32,000 nt of DNA from contig NC_013202.1 of assembly GCF_000023965.1 (NCBI RefSeq), forward strand, positions 3,030,001-3,062,000, in the 5' to 3' direction. The stretch comes from Halomicrobium mukohataei DSM 12286. Its GTDB lineage: Archaea > Halobacteriota > Halobacteria > Halobacteriales > Haloarculaceae. The translations under genes and the position numbers were made by a program. Shown piece by piece: positions 1 to 8,354 of the stretch. The notes below the pieces were generated by a model, which saw nothing but the letters and a program-made list of their open reading frames with translations, made no database searches and had not been told where the DNA came from. Position 1 is the stretch's first letter, and each line of letters opens with the position of its first letter.

Positions 1-1104
1 AACGCGCTGGCGTTCGGTCTCGACCGCGTCGATCTGGTCCCTGAGCGAGCGTCGCATCCGGTCGAGAGAGTCGTACACCGACCCGAACTCGTCTTCACGG
101 CCAGTCTCGATCGGTGTCTCCAGATCGCCGTCGTCGAGGGCTGCTGCATGGGCTTCGAGATCCGAGAGCCGCCGTACCGTGTTCCGACCGATCGTCGCGC
201 CGACAACGCCGAGACCGAGCAAGAGAACACCGAGGAGCACGACGATCCGGTCACCGACGGTCGATTTCAGCGCGTACGCCTGCTCGGACGGGACTCGATG
301 GAGAACGGTCCAGGGTTGCCCTTCGACGCCAGAATACCCGACGGCAGTACCACCGCCAGCGCTGTGGGAGTAGAATCCGGTCGCGTTTGCCCGCTCGTCG
401 AGCCCATCGGCCGTCGGATCACGGGTCAAGATCTGGCTGTGGTTGTCCGAGAGGACGACCCGTCCTCGATCGTTGGTCACAGATAGCGTCCCGCCCTCGT
501 TGCTCGCCTCCCCACTCCCGAGCAGGCGCTCTGAGAGCGCCGGAAGTTCGACCACGACGACGATAGCTCGTTCGTCGTTGCTCGGTATCTGTGTGGCCAC
601 GAGCATGACCGGCGTCTCGTCGGGAGCCCGGAACGGCGGCGAGTGCTCGACGGTTCCGGCGGCACCTGCGACGGTGGTACTGACAGTCTCCGAAAGATTA
701 CCGGTGATACGATCGTCGTCGGTCGTGATCCGACTATCTCCGCTGTTGACCGTTGCCATCCCCGTCGATTCGTTGACGACGTAAGCACCGGAGATCGCCT
801 CGCGTTCCGCGAGGCGAACGAGACGGTCACCCATCCGGAACTGGTCTCCGGAGCGGAACGCGGTCGTCCGCCGCATCGAATAGATCTCCCGGTCAGTTCG
901 GTCGAACCAGTTGTCGATCTGATCGGCTTCACCGTGTGCTGTCGACGTGAGCCGATCGCGCGTTTCGCCGTCGAGTCGGTCGTCGACGGTCGTGTATATC
1001 GATGCCCCCGCAATGCCCGTCAGTGTGAATATCAGGAATAACAATAAACCGAACCGGTACGCGTACCGCCTCTCTATTGCGTTTCGAAGTGTTCTGAGCG
1101 GCAT
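1..1104 (-). CDS. Methyl-accepting chemotaxis protein / halobacterial transducer (Htr), N-terminal 368 codons; the C-terminus lies beyond the window start
   Basis: Absent from the ORF track because it runs off the window edge. My reverse-strand translation from the ATG (complement of 1102-1104) reads MPLRTLRNAIERRYAYRFGLLLFLIFTLTGIAGASIY... It shows an N-terminal TM, a ~250-aa extracytoplasmic sensor region, a second TM (IVVLLGVLLLGLGVVGATI), then a HAMP-like segment (RRLSDLEAHAAALDDGDLETPIETGREDEFGSVYDSLDRMRRSL). The frame stays open to nt 1. Confidence 0.8.
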   Translation of the reverse strand, partial: MPLRTLRNAIERRYAYRFGLLLFLIFTLTGIAGASIYTTVDDRLDGETRDRLTSTAHGEADQIDNWFDRTDREIYSMRRTTAFRSGDQFRMGDRLVRLAEREAISGAYVVNESTGMATVNSGDSRITTDDDRITGNLSETVSTTVAGAAGTVEHSPPFRAPDETPVMLVATQIPSNDERAIVVVVELPALSERLLGSGEASNEGGTLSVTNDRGRVVLSDNHSQILTRDPTADGLDERANATGFYSHSAGGGTAVGYSGVEGQPWTVLHRVPSEQAYALKSTVGDRIVVLLGVLLLGLGVVGATIGRNTVRRLSDLEAHAAALDDGDLETPIETGREDEFGSVYDSLDRMRRSLRDQIDAVETERQRV

Positions 1105-1152
1105 CAATTTACAAGATATGATATTCGTAGAAAGAAGTAGCTATGAGGGATC

Positions 1153-1166
1153 TATATAAGTATATA
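1153..1166. promoter_or_regulatory. TATA-rich element (tatataagtatata) in the AT-rich divergent intergenic region between the Htr gene and rad25
   Basis: The 1105-1245 spacer is the most AT-rich stretch nearby. It contains a near-palindromic double TATA. Which gene it serves is not determined. Confidence 0.4.
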
Positions 1167-1245
1167 CCAGGTTCAATGGAACAGTTAGATTCCGTCCGAG
1201 AGTGCTTTTTCGGCGAGTAATTCCGGCCGGGACTCTCGACAGCCG

Positions 1246-3180
1246 GTGACACAAGGTGTTTACTCGTCGGGCCGATACCCATCCCCAGTGACCACAGAGG
1301 ACGACGCCGAGGCCGGCGGTGACGACGCGGGCGACCAGCCCGAGACGGTGACCGTCGCCGACGTGTACGACGCCATCGACGCGGTCGGCAAACCACACCT
1401 CACCCCGGCGGAAGTGGCCGCCAAGACCGGACTCACCGCCGACGAAGCCCGCGAGGCGCTTGAACGGCTGGGCGAAGACGCGGAACTGGAGCGCCAGGAC
1501 GTGAGCGGCGCAGAGGCGGTCTACTACCCGCCGGATCTGGACGCGGTGACGGATCGGGAGCGCGTGATCCTCTTCCCCGACCGCCACGAGGTCGTCGTGG
1601 AACACGCGGACCAGTTCACCCGGGCACAGCTCTCGCAGTTCGCCCACCTCGTCGACACGAACCGCGCCGGCGGTGCCATCTACGAGATCCGCGAGGAGGA
1701 CGTGTGGCAGGCACCCTACGAGTCCCTCGACGAGCTGCTGGCGACGATCCACGACGTGGTCGGCGAGCGCTCCGAACACTTAGAGGAGTGGGTTCGGAGC
1801 CAGTGGGAACGCGCCCGGAAGTTCCGGCTCGTCACCCACGAGGACGGCTACACCGTCCTCGAAGCCGAGAACGACGACCTGATGGGCAACGTCGCCCGCC
1901 AGAAGCTCGACGACGACGTGTTGCGCGCGCCGATTTCGGACTCGGAGTCGTGGGTCAACGAGGAGATGACCGCCCAGCTGAAACGGACGCTGTACGAGGC
2001 CGGCTATCCCGTCAGAGACGACCGCGATCTCGAGGACGGCGACGCGCTGTCGGTCGAACTGGGGCTTCCCCTGCGGGACTACCAGGCCGACTGGGTACAG
2101 CGCTTCCAGGAGCAGGGGTCGGGCGTGTTCGTCGGCCCGCCGGGATCGGGCAAGACCGTCGCGACGATGGGCGTGATGGAGGCGGTCGGCGGCGAGACGC
2201 TGATTCTCGTGCCGTCGAGGGAATTGGCGAGCCAGTGGCGCGACGAACTCCTCCTGCACACGGATCTCGACGAGAGCCAGATCGGCGAGTACCACGGCGG
2301 CGAGAAGGCGATCCGACCGGTGACGATCGCGACCTACCGCACCGCCGGGATGGACCGCCACCGCAAGCTGTTCGACGAACGGCGCTGGGGACTGATCGTC
2401 TACGACGAGGTCCAGCACATCCCCGCCGACGTGGCCCGCCGGAGCGCCCGCCTGCAGGGCAAACACCGCCTCGGGCTGACCGCGACGCCGGTCCGCGAAG
2501 ACGATAAGGAAGAGGAGATCTTCACGCTCGTGGGCCCGCCGATCGGCACGGACTGGTCGGCGCTGTTCGACGCCGGCTTCGTCCAGGAGCCGGAGGTCCA
2601 GATCCGCCAGATTCCCTGGAGTGACGACGAAGTGGCCGACGAGTACGTCTCCGCGGTGGGCCACGGCCGCCGCCAGACCGCCGCGACGAACCCCGCGAAG
2701 ATCGACGAGATCCGCCACCTCCTGACCGAGCACCCCCACGCGAAGGCGCTCGTCTTCGTCGAGTACCTCGACCAGGGCGAGGCCATCGCCGCAGAGCTCG
2801 ACGTCCCTTTCATCAGCGGGGAGACCCGCCACGCCGAGCGCGAGCGCCTGTTCGACGAGTTCCGACGCAACGAGCGGGACACGCTCGTGATCTCCCGGGT
2901 CGGCGACGAGGGGATCGACCTCCCGGACGCCGAACTGGCCATCGTCGCCTCGGGACTGGGTGGGTCCCGCCGCCAGGGCGCCCAGCGAGCGGGCCGGACG
3001 ATGCGCCCCGTCGGCGACGCGCAACTGTACCTGCTGGCGACCCGTGGGACCGAAGAGGAGGACTTCGTCCGCCAGCAGATGCGCCACCTCGCGTCGAAAG
3101 GGATCCGCGTGACCGAGCAGGACGCCGAGGCCGTCGGGGAGCGCTCTGGTCGAGCGGAAGACGACGCAGGCGACGAGTAA
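1246..3180 (+). CDS. rad25: XPB/Rad25-type SF2 DNA repair helicase with a long N-terminal extension (acidic tail plus wHTH-like segment)
   Basis: Walker A GPPGSGKT, DEVQH box (YDEVQHIPA), LGLTATPVREDDKEEE (XPB RED motif), motif VI QRAGRTMR. The start is GTG at 1246 per the ORF track; an in-frame GTG at 1288 is also possible. There is no ATG in the first ~200 codons. Confidence 0.88.
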   Translation: MTQGVYSSGRYPSPVTTEDDAEAGGDDAGDQPETVTVADVYDAIDAVGKPHLTPAEVAAKTGLTADEAREALERLGEDAELERQDVSGAEAVYYPPDLDAVTDRERVILFPDRHEVVVEHADQFTRAQLSQFAHLVDTNRAGGAIYEIREEDVWQAPYESLDELLATIHDVVGERSEHLEEWVRSQWERARKFRLVTHEDGYTVLEAENDDLMGNVARQKLDDDVLRAPISDSESWVNEEMTAQLKRTLYEAGYPVRDDRDLEDGDALSVELGLPLRDYQADWVQRFQEQGSGVFVGPPGSGKTVATMGVMEAVGGETLILVPSRELASQWRDELLLHTDLDESQIGEYHGGEKAIRPVTIATYRTAGMDRHRKLFDERRWGLIVYDEVQHIPADVARRSARLQGKHRLGLTATPVREDDKEEEIFTLVGPPIGTDWSALFDAGFVQEPEVQIRQIPWSDDEVADEYVSAVGHGRRQTAATNPAKIDEIRHLLTEHPHAKALVFVEYLDQGEAIAAELDVPFISGETRHAERERLFDEFRRNERDTLVISRVGDEGIDLPDAELAIVASGLGGSRRQGAQRAGRTMRPVGDAQLYLLATRGTEEEDFVRQQMRHLASKGIRVTEQDAEAVGERSGRAEDDAGDE

Positions 3181-3196
3181 TCCCTCCTTTGATGCG

Positions 3197-3284
3197 GTGG
3201 CGCACGCTGTCGCTCGCTTCGTCGAGCGACGACACTGTGCGAGGGATGAGTGAGTGAGCACAAGCGAGCGACAGTGCGCGCCAC
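3197..3284. terminator. Large imperfect inverted repeat between the convergent rad25 and folCP stops; possible bidirectional terminator structure
   Basis: The left arm 3197-3219 (gtggcgcacgctgtcgctcgctt) pairs with the right arm 3262-3284 (aagcgagcgacagtgcgcgccac) at 21 of 23 positions. A third related copy (cgagcgacgacactgtgcg) at about 3223-3241 forms an alternative 8-bp hairpin, gtcgctcg/cgagcgac. Confidence 0.35.
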
Positions 3285-3295
3285 AGCGTGCTCGG

Positions 3296-5800
3296 TTAGC
3301 CTTCGTCGACGAACGACCCAGGCTCGTCGGCGGCTTCGACCACGTTCACGGCGGTCACGGCCTCGGGCACATCGTGGACGCGAACGATGTCGGCCCCGCG
3401 CTCGGCGGCCAGGGTCGTCCCGGCGATGGTGGCGTCCAGGCAGTCCCCGGCCTCGGCTCCGACGAGTTCGAACATCGACTTGTGGGAGTGACCGACCAGG
3501 ATCGGGCAGCCCAGCGACTGGAACTCTTCGAGTCGGCCCAGCAGTTCGAAGCTCTCGGCCGCCGATTTGCCGAATCCCAGCCCCGGATCGACCACGATCT
3601 GTTCGCGGTCGAGGCCCGCTTTCTCGGCCAGCAGGACGCGTTCGGTCAGCTGGTCGATGCAGTCCTCGACCACGTCGTCGTAGTCGACGGCGCTGTCGGG
3701 ATCGACCGGTACCTCGATGCTGTGCATCACGACGACGGGCACGTCGTAGTCTGCGGCGACGAGGCGCATCTCGGGGTCTTCGAGCCCGGACACGTCGTTG
3801 AGGATGTCCGCACCGGCGTCCAGCGCGGCGCGGGCGACCGGTGCCTTGCGTGTGTCGACGGCGACGGCGGCGTCGAGGTCGGCGAGGCGCTCGATCACCG
3901 GGACGATGCGCTCGATCTCCTCCTCGACGGGGATCTCGTCCGCGCCGGGGCGGGTGGACTCGCCGCCGACGTCGAGGACGTCGACGCCGGCCGCGACCAT
4001 CGACTCGGCGCGGGAAACGGCGTCCTCGACGGCGTCGTACTCCCCGCCGTCGTGGAAGGAGTCCGGCGTGATGTTACAGATCCCCATGACTGCGGTGCCG
4101 TCGTCCCAGGGATAGCCCCGGTCTCGATCGGGCTGCTGGATGTCCAGCGCGGTCCGGAGTTCGTCGGCCAGCGACGCGAGGCCGTACGGTTGGCCGTCGA
4201 GCTTGTCCGTCAGGCGGCGGAACTGGGCCATCGTCCCCATCAGGAGTACGTCCAGCATCTCCTCGTCCTGGTCGTTCAGCCCCGAGGTCGCACAGTCCCC
4301 ACCCAGCGAGAGCAGCTCTTCTTTGAGGTACTGTGCCTGTCGGGGCTGGACCCGCGTCTTGAGGAGGCGGTGGACCGCCTTGCCGCGCATGCGCCACGCA
4401 CCGGCGTCGGTGACGTGGGCGGCGTCGATCGTCTCGCGTGCCGACGCCACGCCGTCGACCCGCTTGGGAATCGTCGGCCGGATCCAGCGCTGGCGAGCCT
4501 CTGCGACGGCGTAGAGCGAGCCCGTGACCAGCACACAGTCGTCCTCGCCGGCCCCATCGAGGGCGACATCGAACGCGCCGGCCACGTCGCTGCGCGTCTC
4601 GACGCTGGCCGCAGTCTCGTCTCGGAACGCCTTCGCGACCACCTGCTCGTCTTCGGCCCGGTCTCGGTCGGGCTCGCAGGCGACGACGTGGTCGGCCCCG
4701 TCGAGTGCGCCCGCGATGGCACGCAGGTCCTTGTCGACCATCGACCCCGCGACGACGTGGAGCTCGTCGTAGTCGAACGCGGCCAGCGTCTCGACGACGC
4801 GTTCGACGCCGCCGGGGTTGTGCGCGCCGTCCAGTACCACCAGGGGATCCCGTCCCATGATCTCGAAGCGACCGGGCCAGTGGGCGTTTCGCAGGCCGCG
4901 TGCGATCGTCGCCTCGTCGACATCCGAAACCTGGCGACACAGCGTCGCGGCGATCCCGGCGTTGATCGCCTGGTGGGCACCGAGCAGCGGGAGCTTCGTC
5001 TCGACGCCCCACTCGTCGCCCGCGATCGAGACCGATCCCTCCAGTCCCTCGCGGCCGTGGTCGGTGACCGACACGTCGCCGGCCTCGCCGTCAGCGGTGT
5101 CTGCGACGGTGACCACGTCGCCGGCCACGTCCCGGACGGCGTCGAGCGCATCGCCCTCTGTGGCAGTCACGAGCGGGCGGTCCGCGGGCGCGACGTGTGC
5201 CTTGTCTCGGGCGATCTCGCCGACCGTGTCGCCCAGGATGTCCGTGTGTTCGAGCGTCACCGTCGTCACCGCGCTGGCGACGGGGTCGACGACGCTGGTG
5301 GCGTCGAGCTTGCCACCGATGCCGACCTCGATGACCGCCACGTCGACCGACTGGCGCTCGAACTCCCAGTAGGCCAGTGCCGTCAGCGTCTCGAAGAGCG
5401 TCGGCGAAGTGCCGTCGGCCGCGCGGTCGGTGACGTACGGCTCGACCGATTCGACGAACTCGACGATCGCCGACTCGGTGATCTTCCGGCCGTTGACCCG
5501 GATGCGTTCCCGAACGTCGTCTAGGTGTGGCGAGGTGTACAGGCCCACGTCGAGCCCCGCCTCCCTGAGCGTCCGTTCGACCATGCGAGCCGTGCTTCCC
5601 TTGCCGTTCGAGCCGGCGATCTGCACGCAGTCGAGCGAGTCGTGCGGGTCGCCCAGCTGGGCCAGCAGCGACCGAGTGGCCTCCGTGCCCGGTCGGAGCG
5701 CGAATCGGCGGAGATCGAAGAGGAAGTTCGCCGCCTCGTGGAACTTCATGCCCAAAGCAATCCGGTGGGCGCGCTTTAGAGTGGCGGTTATAGTAGCCAT
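3296..5800 (-). CDS. folCP: Bifunctional folylpolyglutamate/dihydrofolate synthase (FolC) - dihydropteroate synthase (FolP) fusion
   Basis: 834 aa. The N-terminal Mur-ligase/FPGS part has the P-loop GSNGKGST. The C-terminal pterin-binding DHPS part has GICNITPDSFHDGG, VDVGGESTRPG and GFGK. This fusion is known in haloarchaea. Confidence 0.9.
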   Translation of the reverse strand: MATITATLKRAHRIALGMKFHEAANFLFDLRRFALRPGTEATRSLLAQLGDPHDSLDCVQIAGSNGKGSTARMVERTLREAGLDVGLYTSPHLDDVRERIRVNGRKITESAIVEFVESVEPYVTDRAADGTSPTLFETLTALAYWEFERQSVDVAVIEVGIGGKLDATSVVDPVASAVTTVTLEHTDILGDTVGEIARDKAHVAPADRPLVTATEGDALDAVRDVAGDVVTVADTADGEAGDVSVTDHGREGLEGSVSIAGDEWGVETKLPLLGAHQAINAGIAATLCRQVSDVDEATIARGLRNAHWPGRFEIMGRDPLVVLDGAHNPGGVERVVETLAAFDYDELHVVAGSMVDKDLRAIAGALDGADHVVACEPDRDRAEDEQVVAKAFRDETAASVETRSDVAGAFDVALDGAGEDDCVLVTGSLYAVAEARQRWIRPTIPKRVDGVASARETIDAAHVTDAGAWRMRGKAVHRLLKTRVQPRQAQYLKEELLSLGGDCATSGLNDQDEEMLDVLLMGTMAQFRRLTDKLDGQPYGLASLADELRTALDIQQPDRDRGYPWDDGTAVMGICNITPDSFHDGGEYDAVEDAVSRAESMVAAGVDVLDVGGESTRPGADEIPVEEEIERIVPVIERLADLDAAVAVDTRKAPVARAALDAGADILNDVSGLEDPEMRLVAADYDVPVVVMHSIEVPVDPDSAVDYDDVVEDCIDQLTERVLLAEKAGLDREQIVVDPGLGFGKSAAESFELLGRLEEFQSLGCPILVGHSHKSMFELVGAEAGDCLDATIAGTTLAAERGADIVRVHDVPEAVTAVNVVEAADEPGSFVDEG

Positions 5801-5812
5801 TGAAAATCAATG

Positions 5813-5848
5813 CACACCCGATCGCACGATGGCAGTGCGATCGGTGTG
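5813..5848 (-). terminator. Stem-loop followed (on the minus strand) by a T-run, downstream of the chitinase gene
   Basis: cacacccgatcgcac (5813-5827) pairs with gtgcgatcggtgtg (5835-5848), giving 14 bp with one bulged base and a 7-nt loop. Reading the minus strand, the hairpin is followed by cattgattttcaatgg (T4). It lies 50 nt after the chitinase stop. Confidence 0.45.
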
Positions 5849-5897
5849 TAAATCGTTTCAATTGTTACTATAGCGGCGTGTCACAGTCGACACAGTA

Positions 5898-7589
5898 TCA
5901 CTTCCCGAGCGCGTCGTTGACCGCGTCGATCAGCGTCTCGTTGGGGTCGTGACCGGAGGCCCAGTACATGATGGGGTGGCCCCGCTCGTCTGCGTAGTCG
6001 GCCTTGACCGCGACCGACTCCTCGTCGTCGTAGCTCAGCAGGCTACTGCCGTCGAACTTGTAGGGCACCTTCGCCTCGTCGTCCCAGTAGCGGGTGTGGC
6101 CCCCGAACTGCTGGTCGATGTCGGCGAAGCCGGTGGCCCCGCCGCTGCCTCCGAAGGGCTGGAGCAGCCCGTCGTTGGCCGTGCTCTCGACGCCGGTGAA
6201 CTCGCGGCCGTAGAAGGCCAGTCCCATGACGAGCTTCTCCGCGGGCCATCCCTGCTCGCGCATGTACGTGAGGGTGTTGTGGATCGAGTCGTCGCTGTCG
6301 GCTCCGGAGGTGGCGTACAGCGGCGAGTTGTGGTTGGTCTCGTCGACCCAGACCGGCGAGTGCATGTCGTAGGTCATCATCTTCGCGTAGTCCAGCGCGT
6401 CGGCGAGCCGGTCGTGGGGGAGTCCGGAGAGATGTGACTCCGCGTGGTTCAGCGCCGCTGTGAGGTAGTACTCGGTGTCGTCCTCGGCGGCGGCCGCGTC
6501 GAACTGTCGGCGACACTCCTCGATCAGCGCGGCGAAGTTCTCCTCGTCGTCGGGGTACGACGTGAGTCCGTCGGGACCGTACGGACCGGGGAACTCCCAG
6601 TCGATGTCGATGCCGTCGAGATCGCGGTCACGCAGGAGCGCGACACACTCGCTGGCGAACGTCTCCCGGCTCTCCCGATCGCTCGCCAGTTCCGGGAACC
6701 CCTGGGAGTTCTTCCAGCCGCCGATCGAGAGGAGCGTGGTGACGCCGTCGATACCCCCGGCGTCCCACGGTGCCGAGACGGAGCCGTCGGCGCTGACGCT
6801 GCCGAACGTCTGGATGACGTGGGTGAGCTTGTCGGCCGGGGCTGCCCCCTGGAACTCGTAGGCCATGACCGGGTGCTCGTCCCAGCCCGGCGAGGACCCG
6901 TCTCCCTCGGAGACCGACACCGTCGTCGTGGCCGAGTCACTGGCCCCCGAGCCGTCGGTGACGGTCAGGCTGACGGCGTACTCCCCGGCGTACTCGAACG
7001 ACCGCGTGTGTTCGACGCCGGTCACCGTGTCGCCGTCGATGGTCCACTCGTAGTCCAGCGCGTCGCCGTCGGGGTCCGAGGAGTCGGCCCCGGAGAAGGT
7101 CACCGTCTCGCCCGGCGTCGGTGCCGAGGGAGTGACGCCGACGACGGCCGTCGGTGCCCCGTTCTCGTCGCCGTCGGAGCCGTCGTCGCTCTCGACCAGT
7201 GCCCAGACGGTCGCGTCGGCGGCGGGCTCGGTCCCTTTCGTCCACCACGCCGCCTCCCAGACGGAGCCGTCGTGAGTCACCCGGTCCCCGCCACTGTAGG
7301 CGACGCTGGCGTCCCAGGCCGGGTACGAGCCGTCGCCGGAGTCGTCACCGCCACCGTCGTCGGCGTCGATGCGTTCCCAGACCGCCGCGTCCGTCGACGG
7401 GGGCGTCCCCTGGGTCCACCAACTGGCCTCCCAGACGGAACCGTCGTAGGTCACTCGATCCCCGCCGGTGTAGACCGTGCCGTCGTCGTAGGCCGGGGGT
7501 GATTGCTGTGCCGCTGCTGTGCCAGCGCCGGTCAACGCTGCGACCAGCGCCGAGGCGTTCCGAAGAACGTCGCGTCGTGTTTCTCTCAT
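5898..7589 (-). CDS. Secreted modular GH18 chitinase: Tat signal, 2x CBM5/12-like chitin-binding modules, PKD domain, GH18 catalytic domain
   Basis: Tat signal MRETRRDVLRNASALVAALTGAGTAAAQ. Duplicated motif Y(D/S)GGDRVT(Y/H)DGSVWEA(S/A)WWT(Q/K)G. PKD-like segment VTFSGADSSDPDGDALDYEWTIDGD...VSLTVTDGSGASD. GH18 signatures SIGGW, DGIDIDWEFP (DxxDxDxE) and MTYDMH. Confidence 0.9.
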   Translation of the reverse strand: MRETRRDVLRNASALVAALTGAGTAAAQQSPPAYDDGTVYTGGDRVTYDGSVWEASWWTQGTPPSTDAAVWERIDADDGGGDDSGDGSYPAWDASVAYSGGDRVTHDGSVWEAAWWTKGTEPAADATVWALVESDDGSDGDENGAPTAVVGVTPSAPTPGETVTFSGADSSDPDGDALDYEWTIDGDTVTGVEHTRSFEYAGEYAVSLTVTDGSGASDSATTTVSVSEGDGSSPGWDEHPVMAYEFQGAAPADKLTHVIQTFGSVSADGSVSAPWDAGGIDGVTTLLSIGGWKNSQGFPELASDRESRETFASECVALLRDRDLDGIDIDWEFPGPYGPDGLTSYPDDEENFAALIEECRRQFDAAAAEDDTEYYLTAALNHAESHLSGLPHDRLADALDYAKMMTYDMHSPVWVDETNHNSPLYATSGADSDDSIHNTLTYMREQGWPAEKLVMGLAFYGREFTGVESTANDGLLQPFGGSGGATGFADIDQQFGGHTRYWDDEAKVPYKFDGSSLLSYDDEESVAVKADYADERGHPIMYWASGHDPNETLIDAVNDALGK

Positions 7590-7784
7590 AGGTACGAACG
7601 GCCGACCGATCGGGGCGCTCCGCCGGAGAACCCGGCGCCCAACATCCCCCCGCGTCGGTGGCTAGACAGTAACACACGAAGAACGGGAATAATACTGTCG
7701 GTGCGAATCGAAATAATGTGTCGAAAGAGAGAACGACCACCAGTCGCTTCGCTCCTCGCCGCCGGCTTTCGCGTCGCGGACCGG

Positions 7785-8315
7785 TCAGCGATCGCGGTCG
7801 TCGGGCCGCTGGACGCGGCGCAACACGGCACCACCGAGCGACAGCAGGGCCATTCCGACCAGCGGCGCGGCGTCGACCGTCTCCCCGTCGGCCGCCGACC
7901 GAGATCGCTCGGGGCTCGGCTCGTCGGCGTCGCCGAACGGCCCCGGTAGCGTCCCCACGTCCGGGATCGGAACGTCCGGCAGCGTTTCGCCGGACCGCCG
8001 ACGGTACACCACCACGGCGAGAACCGTCAGCAGCACCACTGCGGTGCCAGCGGCGGCCACCAGGAGCGTGCGACGCCCGCCGTCGCTCGCTTCTGGACTG
8101 TCATCGGCGGCGTTCTGATCGCCGGCACCGGGCGGCGGCGTCTCGCCGACGCGTGGGCCGGTCCGCTCGCCGTGCGGTTCGCTCGCACGCTCGTCGTCGA
8201 TCTCGTCGGGCTCGAACGCCGCTGGCACGGACGGCTCGACGCCGAGCGATTCGAGGAGGGCACGCATCGCCTCGGCGTCGACGTCGAAGCGAAACACGCT
8301 GAACTCGTCGGTCAT
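7785..8315 (-). CDS. Hypothetical acidic membrane protein (two hydrophobic segments)
   Basis: 176 aa and D/E-rich. TM segments LLVAAAGTAVVLLTVLAVVVY and PLVGMALLSLGGAVL. A TATA-like box sits at the right distance upstream (see 8340-8347). No recognisable domain. Confidence 0.6.
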   Translation of the reverse strand: MTDEFSVFRFDVDAEAMRALLESLGVEPSVPAAFEPDEIDDERASEPHGERTGPRVGETPPPGAGDQNAADDSPEASDGGRRTLLVAAAGTAVVLLTVLAVVVYRRRSGETLPDVPIPDVGTLPGPFGDADEPSPERSRSAADGETVDAAPLVGMALLSLGGAVLRRVQRPDDRDR

Positions 8316-8339
8316 ACGATTACCGACGGCGGGCCGCGG

Positions 8340-8347
8340 TATAAAAT
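8340..8347 (-). promoter_or_regulatory. TATA-like box (minus strand attttata) 25-32 nt upstream of the ATG at 8315
   Basis: The spacing is typical of leaderless haloarchaeal transcripts. Confidence 0.45.
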
Positions 8348-8354
8348 CAGCGTG

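Noticed and set aside
1143-1220. Short ORFs (25 and 14 codons, MRDLYKYIPGSMEQLDSVRECFFGE) upstream of rad25
   Set aside because: They overlap the TATA-rich promoter element itself and have no supporting signal, so they are probably chance ORFs in AT-rich spacer.
3254-5524. 756-aa plus-strand ORF opposite folCP
   Set aside because: It is antisense to a gene with unambiguous FolC and FolP motifs and has a low-complexity Arg/Val/Gly-rich translation.
7235-7490. Approximately 90-bp direct DNA repeat inside the chitinase gene
   Set aside because: It is explained by the duplicated CBM5/12 chitin-binding modules of the protein and is not an independent repeat element.
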